IMG/VR virus record: IMGVR_UViG_3300047295_000151
Coordinates: 1 to 27,814 of that record
Length of the DNA: 27,814 nt
Source of the DNA: a virus
Lineage: Duplodnaviria; Caudoviricetes
Strand: one strand, 5' to 3'
Part shown: positions 24,136 to 27,814 of the stretch, one piece after another
Layout: every line of letters begins with the position of its first letter
Position numbering within the stretch: position 1 is the first letter of the stretch
Notes under the pieces: generated by a model
Databases searched by the model: none
What the model was told of the DNA's origin: nothing
The model's input: the letters and a program-made list of their open reading frames with translations, nothing else
Made by a program: the position numbers and the translations under genes

Positions 24136-24846
24136 ATGTCCAACAGCACCACCTTGCTCGACACCCTCACCACCAACCAAAGCAGCAAGGAAGTCACTGC
24201 CAACGCTTTGTTCGACGCCGCCAGCCCCAGCACGCTTTGGGGCCGGCGCGCCAGCACCTGCTCCGGCCTGACCTGGGGTTTCTACGGCGGCTGGTTCAAC
24301 GGCGCCATTGCCAACGGCACCATCGCCCTGAGCGCGAGTGCCACCAACTACCTGATGGCCCACGAGTCCACGGGCGCCGTCACGGTCAATACGACGGGTT
24401 TCACCGCCGGCAAGATCGCGTTGTATTCGGTGGTGACGGGTGCCACCGCCGTGACGAGCTACACCGACCAGCGCAGCTACGCACCCACGGCGCTCTTGGC
24501 CGCTGGCAGCCAGCCCTATGACCTGTTGATGTTCCTCCCAGGCACGCCTGCCGGCAGCCAGGTCATGGGCCGCGTCGTCGTCCCCCGGGCGGTCACCTTG
24601 CCAAGCGGCTTGGTCGGCTCCTACGGCTCTGCCATCACTGCTGCCACCGGAACTGCAGCGCTCACGCTGGCCAAGAACGGGGCGTCCATCGGGTCGGTGA
24701 ACTTCGCGGCCGGGGCGGCTGCGGCCACCTTCACCTTTGCCAGCGCCGTGGCCTTCGTTGCGGGCGATCTGCTGACTGTGACCAATCAAGCCACCGCCGA
24801 CGCCACCTTGGCCAATGTGTCGCTGAGCCTGGTTGGCACCCGATAA
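24136..24846 (+). CDS. Tail fibre / baseplate-attached protein (N-terminus reminiscent of DUF2793-type anchors)
   Basis: NQSSKEVTANAL.D N-terminus; Ala/Thr/Gly-rich beta C-terminal domain; directly after the tip protein. Confidence 0.7.
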   Translation: MSNSTTLLDTLTTNQSSKEVTANALFDAASPSTLWGRRASTCSGLTWGFYGGWFNGAIANGTIALSASATNYLMAHESTGAVTVNTTGFTAGKIALYSVVTGATAVTSYTDQRSYAPTALLAAGSQPYDLLMFLPGTPAGSQVMGRVVVPRAVTLPSGLVGSYGSAITAATGTAALTLAKNGASIGSVNFAAGAAAATFTFASAVAFVAGDLLTVTNQATADATLANVSLSLVGTR

Positions 24847-24867
24847 CTCACACCGCAGGAACATCCC

Positions 24868-25887
24868 ATGACACTCAGGTTTTGTGACGGCTTTGACAGC
24901 TACGCCAGCACCGCACAACTCACCTCCAAATGGACCACTGCGTACAACGTGGCCTTTGGGGCAAGCACTGGTCGTTACGGCGGTGGCGCCGTTTCCAACT
25001 CCGGCAGTGCGTACACCATGCAGTTGAACAAGGTGGTCTCCATTCCATCTGGGGCCAAGGTTCGCGTCGGACTTCACATCAAGTACACCGCCAACGCCTA
25101 TGCCAACGGGCTGAACTCGTCTAACTATGTGGTCGGAATCAACGGCTCGGCCGCACTGATGCTGAACACCGTTGGTCAGCTGCTGGTGACGGCGCTTGGC
25201 ACCACGACGATTCGCATCACGTCGACGGCCGTTGTCAACGACGGCAACTTTCACTGGGTCGAGCTGGAGTACTGGCTCAATGGTGCCACCCTCAGCACGG
25301 CGCAGCTGTGGATCGACGGCGTGTCTCAAGGCAGCTACACCGGCAGCTTGGCCACTGCGGCCGCCATCGCCTCTGTCAACTTTGGTTTGGGTTATGTGTT
25401 CAGCAGCTACACCGGCTGGATTGATGACGTGGTGGTGTGGGACGACCAGGGCAGCAATTTCAACACCTTCCCGCTCGGGCCCAGGCGCATCACGACTTTG
25501 CTGCCGAACGCCGATGGCGACCTGGCGCAGTTCACACCCAAGACCGGTACGCTGCACTACCCCATGGTCAACGGTGGTTACAGCTCGACCAACTACGTCA
25601 GCGACTCCGGCACCGGCAACGTGGATCTGTACATGTTTCCCGCCTTGCCCTATTCGCCAACCAGCCTCAACGCGGTCGTGGCCAACTACTTTGGGCAAAA
25701 CACTGGCACTGGCACAACCAGCCTGATTCCCAAGCTCAAGACCTCCGGAACTACCGTGTCAGGCGCCACCTCAACGCTGGCCGTGGGCAACAACACGCTG
25801 ATTCAGGCCGCGTTCAGCACCGACGCCAGTGGTGCGGCGTGGACCACCCCTTCGGTCAACACGATGCAGATCGGCATGGGGAACTGA
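24868..25887 (+). CDS. Virion structural / receptor-binding candidate with LamG/ConA-like beta-sandwich
   Basis: FCDGFDSY; VNDGNFHWVE...QLWIDG...WIDDVVVWD pattern typical of the LamG fold; rich in Ser/Thr/Gly/Asn; RBS AGGA. Confidence 0.7.
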   Translation: MTLRFCDGFDSYASTAQLTSKWTTAYNVAFGASTGRYGGGAVSNSGSAYTMQLNKVVSIPSGAKVRVGLHIKYTANAYANGLNSSNYVVGINGSAALMLNTVGQLLVTALGTTTIRITSTAVVNDGNFHWVELEYWLNGATLSTAQLWIDGVSQGSYTGSLATAAAIASVNFGLGYVFSSYTGWIDDVVVWDDQGSNFNTFPLGPRRITTLLPNADGDLAQFTPKTGTLHYPMVNGGYSSTNYVSDSGTGNVDLYMFPALPYSPTSLNAVVANYFGQNTGTGTTSLIPKLKTSGTTVSGATSTLAVGNNTLIQAAFSTDASGAAWTTPSVNTMQIGMGN

Positions 25888-25888
25888 G

Positions 25889-26107
25889 ATGACGGTCCAG
25901 TACTCGTACGTCTTCGGTGAAGTACTGGGCCCGTTGTCGGAGACGGCGGCAACGGCTCGCGTGACCTATTTGACCGCCGAGGTGATCGGGCCGGTCAATG
26001 CCAGTCTGCCCACTGCCACCACATCAAGACTGTTCGTGGAGGTGATCCATGACGTCACCGCGTTGGCGCCCACAGCCACCGTGCCCGTCCTCATCGCCTG
26101 CACATAG
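25889..26107 (+). CDS. 72-aa protein with three 20-aa repeats
   Basis: Starts 2 nt after the previous stop; EV(L/I) at residues 11, 31, 51 and TA at 22, 42, 62. Confidence 0.75.
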   Translation: MTVQYSYVFGEVLGPLSETAATARVTYLTAEVIGPVNASLPTATTSRLFVEVIHDVTALAPTATVPVLIACT

Positions 26108-26142
26108 CCTCGTCATCGTCACTTCACCAGCGTCACTTCACC

Positions 26143-26178
26143 AAGCCCGCCCTGGCAGCCGCCGCGGCGGGCTTTGTT
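26143..26178 (+). terminator. Terminator-like hairpin before the lysis cassette
   Basis: AAGCCCGCC (26143-26151) / GGCGGGCTT (26166-26174) followed by TGTT. Confidence 0.6.
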
Positions 26179-26196
26179 CATCTTTGGAGCCTACCC

Positions 26197-26505
26197 ATGT
26201 CAGAGCAGATCGATTCAGTCCCAGACCGGCGGCGCGAGAACCTGTTGTCCTTGCGGCCGGAAGACCTCAATGAGCTGCTCACAAACGCCGCCGAGCGCGG
26301 TGCCGAACGGGCGCTTGCCAGCCTCGGCCTGGAGAACGGCCACGCCGCGGCCGACATCCGGGATCTGCGCGGGCTGATCGAGTCTTGGCGCGAGGCCCGC
26401 AAGACCGCCTGGCAAACCGTGATCCGCACTGTTACCACCGCGGTGCTGGCACTCTTGCTGGTGGGCGCTGCCATCAAGCTCAAGCTGATGGGAGGGCCGC
26501 AATGA
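26197..26505 (+). CDS. DUF6127-like membrane protein of the lysis cassette
   Basis: AAERGAERALASLGL....AA.DIRDLR.L...W..A..TAW.T plus a C-terminal TM helix ending IKLKL; ATGA-coupled to the endolysin. Confidence 0.75.
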   Translation: MSEQIDSVPDRRRENLLSLRPEDLNELLTNAAERGAERALASLGLENGHAAADIRDLRGLIESWREARKTAWQTVIRTVTTAVLALLLVGAAIKLKLMGGPQ

Positions 26506-26978
26506 CCTTCGACGAATGCTTCGCGGCGCTGCTGCAGCACGAGGGCGAGTACGTGAACCACCCGGATGACCCGGGTGGCAAGACGCGATACGGGGTTACG
26601 CAGGCCGTGGCCAGGGCGGCTGGCTTCCAGGGCGACATGCGCGAGCTGCCGCTGGACCTTGCGCGGCGGATCTACCGCGAGCGGTTCTGGGATGCCGTGC
26701 AGGCCGATGAGCTGCCGGCCGAGGTGCGCTACCTGGTCTTCGACGCGGCAGCAGCCTCGGGGGTGCGGCAGTCGACCCTCTGGCTGCAGCGGGCGCTGAA
26801 GGTGGCCGACGACGGGGTGCTTGGCCCCAAGACCCTGGCGGCCGCTCAAGCTGCGGACCCGCAGGTTCTCAAGGCGCGGCTGCTGGCGCAGCGGCTGCGG
26901 TTCATGGCGGGACTGGCCAACTGGCCCGCTTTCTCGCGCGGCTGGAGCCGGCGCATGGCCGACCTGATGGAGGCGTAG
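26502..26978 (+). CDS. Endolysin, glycoside hydrolase family 108 with peptidoglycan-binding C-terminus
   Basis: HEGEYVNHPDDPGGKTRYGVT, LQRAL.V.DDG..GPKT, F.RGW.RR motifs. Confidence 0.93.
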   Translation: MTFDECFAALLQHEGEYVNHPDDPGGKTRYGVTQAVARAAGFQGDMRELPLDLARRIYRERFWDAVQADELPAEVRYLVFDAAAASGVRQSTLWLQRALKVADDGVLGPKTLAAAQAADPQVLKARLLAQRLRFMAGLANWPAFSRGWSRRMADLMEA

Positions 26979-27392
26979 ATGGCCATCACCCCTTTAGATC
27001 CTGTTACCGCACTGCTCGATGTCGGCGGCAAGGTGATCGACCGGCTGTGGCCGGACCCGCTGCAGGCCGCCCATGCCAAGCTGGAGCTCATCAAACTGCA
27101 GCAGTCGGGTGACTTGGCTCAGATCGCCGGGCAGTTGGAGATCAACAAGGCCGAGGCGGCGAGCCCAAACCCCTTCACCTCAGGCTGGCGGCCGTTCATT
27201 GGCTGGACGTGTGGGGCGGGGTTTGCGGTGCAGTTCGTGGTCGGGCCGGTCGGGGAGTGGGTGTGCGCGCTGGCTGGCCATCCGGTCAAGTTCCCGCAGA
27301 TGGACCTGGGGACGATGATGCCGCTGCTGTTCGGGATGCTGGGGCTGGGTGCGTATAGGACGGCGGAGAAGGTGAGAGGGGTGGCGCGGTGA
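26979..27392 (+). CDS. Holin of 3 TMs (GTA-holin/DUF3154-like)
   Basis: K.IDRLWPDP, QLEINKAEA....F.SGWRPFIGW.CG, LL.GMLGLGAYRT.EK..GV motifs. Confidence 0.88.
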   Translation: MAITPLDPVTALLDVGGKVIDRLWPDPLQAAHAKLELIKLQQSGDLAQIAGQLEINKAEAASPNPFTSGWRPFIGWTCGAGFAVQFVVGPVGEWVCALAGHPVKFPQMDLGTMMPLLFGMLGLGAYRTAEKVRGVAR

Positions 27393-27433
27393 CTTGCATA
27401 GGGTCAGACACCTCGGAACGAAGACGGCTGTGC

Positions 27434-27449
27434 TGGTAACCTTCACGAA
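27434..27449 (+). promoter_or_regulatory. Candidate extended -10 promoter giving a leaderless transcript
   Basis: TG-G-TAACCT (27434-27442), 6 nt, then ATG at 27449; no Shine-Dalgarno sequence. Confidence 0.45.
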
Positions 27450-27814
27450 TGGCGACACCTGAGCAGATCATCCAGCGTCAACTTGATGCATATAACGCCA
27501 AGGACGTTCGAGCGTGGCTCGCGTCCTACCACCCGGACGCTGAGCACTTTGAACTCCATGGCAGTCTTCTCGCCCGCGGGCACTCCGACCTGCAGAAACG
27601 CATTCAGGTTCGATTTTCCGAACCGGACTTGCATGCCTGCTTGCTCGGCCGTAGCGTCATGGGCAACATCGTGGTGGATCACGAACGCATCAGGCGTAAT
27701 TTCCCCGAAGGCCGTGGGCACATCGAGATGATCTGCATCTACGAGGTCGCGGATGAAGTCATCGTTAAGGCAACTTTCGCCCTTGGAAAGCCAATGCTGG
27801 AGCGATGTACTTAA
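27449..27814 (+). CDS. SnoaL-like / NTF2-family protein
   Basis: IIQRQLDAYNAKD......Y..DA, RF.EP.LHA.L..R...GN.VVDHE...RNFPEG.G......IYEV; codon usage differs from the phage genes, so host gene or moron. Confidence 0.88.
   Translation: MATPEQIIQRQLDAYNAKDVRAWLASYHPDAEHFELHGSLLARGHSDLQKRIQVRFSEPDLHACLLGRSVMGNIVVDHERIRRNFPEGRGHIEMICIYEVADEVIVKATFALGKPMLERCT

Larger units (their letters stand above)
1..27392 (+). mobile_element. Siphovirus-like prophage (HK97-type head, GTA-like tail tip), left part outside window
   Basis: Continuous co-oriented replication, late regulation, packaging, head, neck, tail and lysis genes with many ATGA/TGATG overlaps. Right boundary inferred from the end of the lysis cassette; no att site or integrase seen. 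Confidence 0.93.

Noticed and set aside
5524-25698. Very long minus-strand ORFs (5524-6663, 7238-9046, 11573-13489, 16063-17562, 20984-23686, 24007-25698) and off-frame plus-strand ORFs
   Set aside because: They shadow well-supported plus-strand phage genes, carry no recognisable motifs, and are expected from high GC3 codon bias.
26538-26555. Endolysin motif EGEY instead of EGGY
   Set aside because: The catalytic Glu and downstream DPGG.T.YG are retained; not enough to call a pseudogene.
1-27392. Element as a bona fide gene transfer agent
   Set aside because: Own replication gene, Q-like regulator, HNH/P27 terminase with cos-like region and long tape measure favour a prophage; not formally excluded without packaged-DNA data.

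Overview
High-GC, proteobacterial-type sequence (host not determinable here) made up almost entirely of one co-oriented siphovirus-like prophage. It is truncated on the left and apparently ends near 27,400. Gene order: 5'-truncated RepB-type primase/Zn-finger/P-loop helicase fusion; a large inverted repeat (origin candidate); PD-(D/E)xK resolvase; Q-like late regulator; an extra PD-(D/E)xK nuclease; late promoter/structured leader/terminator; HNH; cos-like region; TerS; TerL; small membrane protein; HK97-type portal; S49 protease; major capsid; decoration-like protein; neck genes; tail tube; tail chaperones with a -1 frameshift; tape measure; an RcGTA-like tail tip (DUF2460, DUF2163, NlpC/P60, megatron/J-like); fibre and receptor-binding candidates; a lysis cassette (DUF6127-like, GH108 endolysin, 3-TM holin) with no visible spanin; and a SnoaL/NTF2 gene. 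No integrase, att site, tRNA, CRISPR or reverse transcriptase is visible. The most interesting oddities are a 72-aa protein with an exact 20-aa periodicity next to a LamG-like gene, two different duplications in the tape measure, an origin-like inverted repeat bridged by a translationally coupled mini-ORF, structured RNA leaders, and a nuclease moron. All family calls are by-eye motif recognition, not database results.
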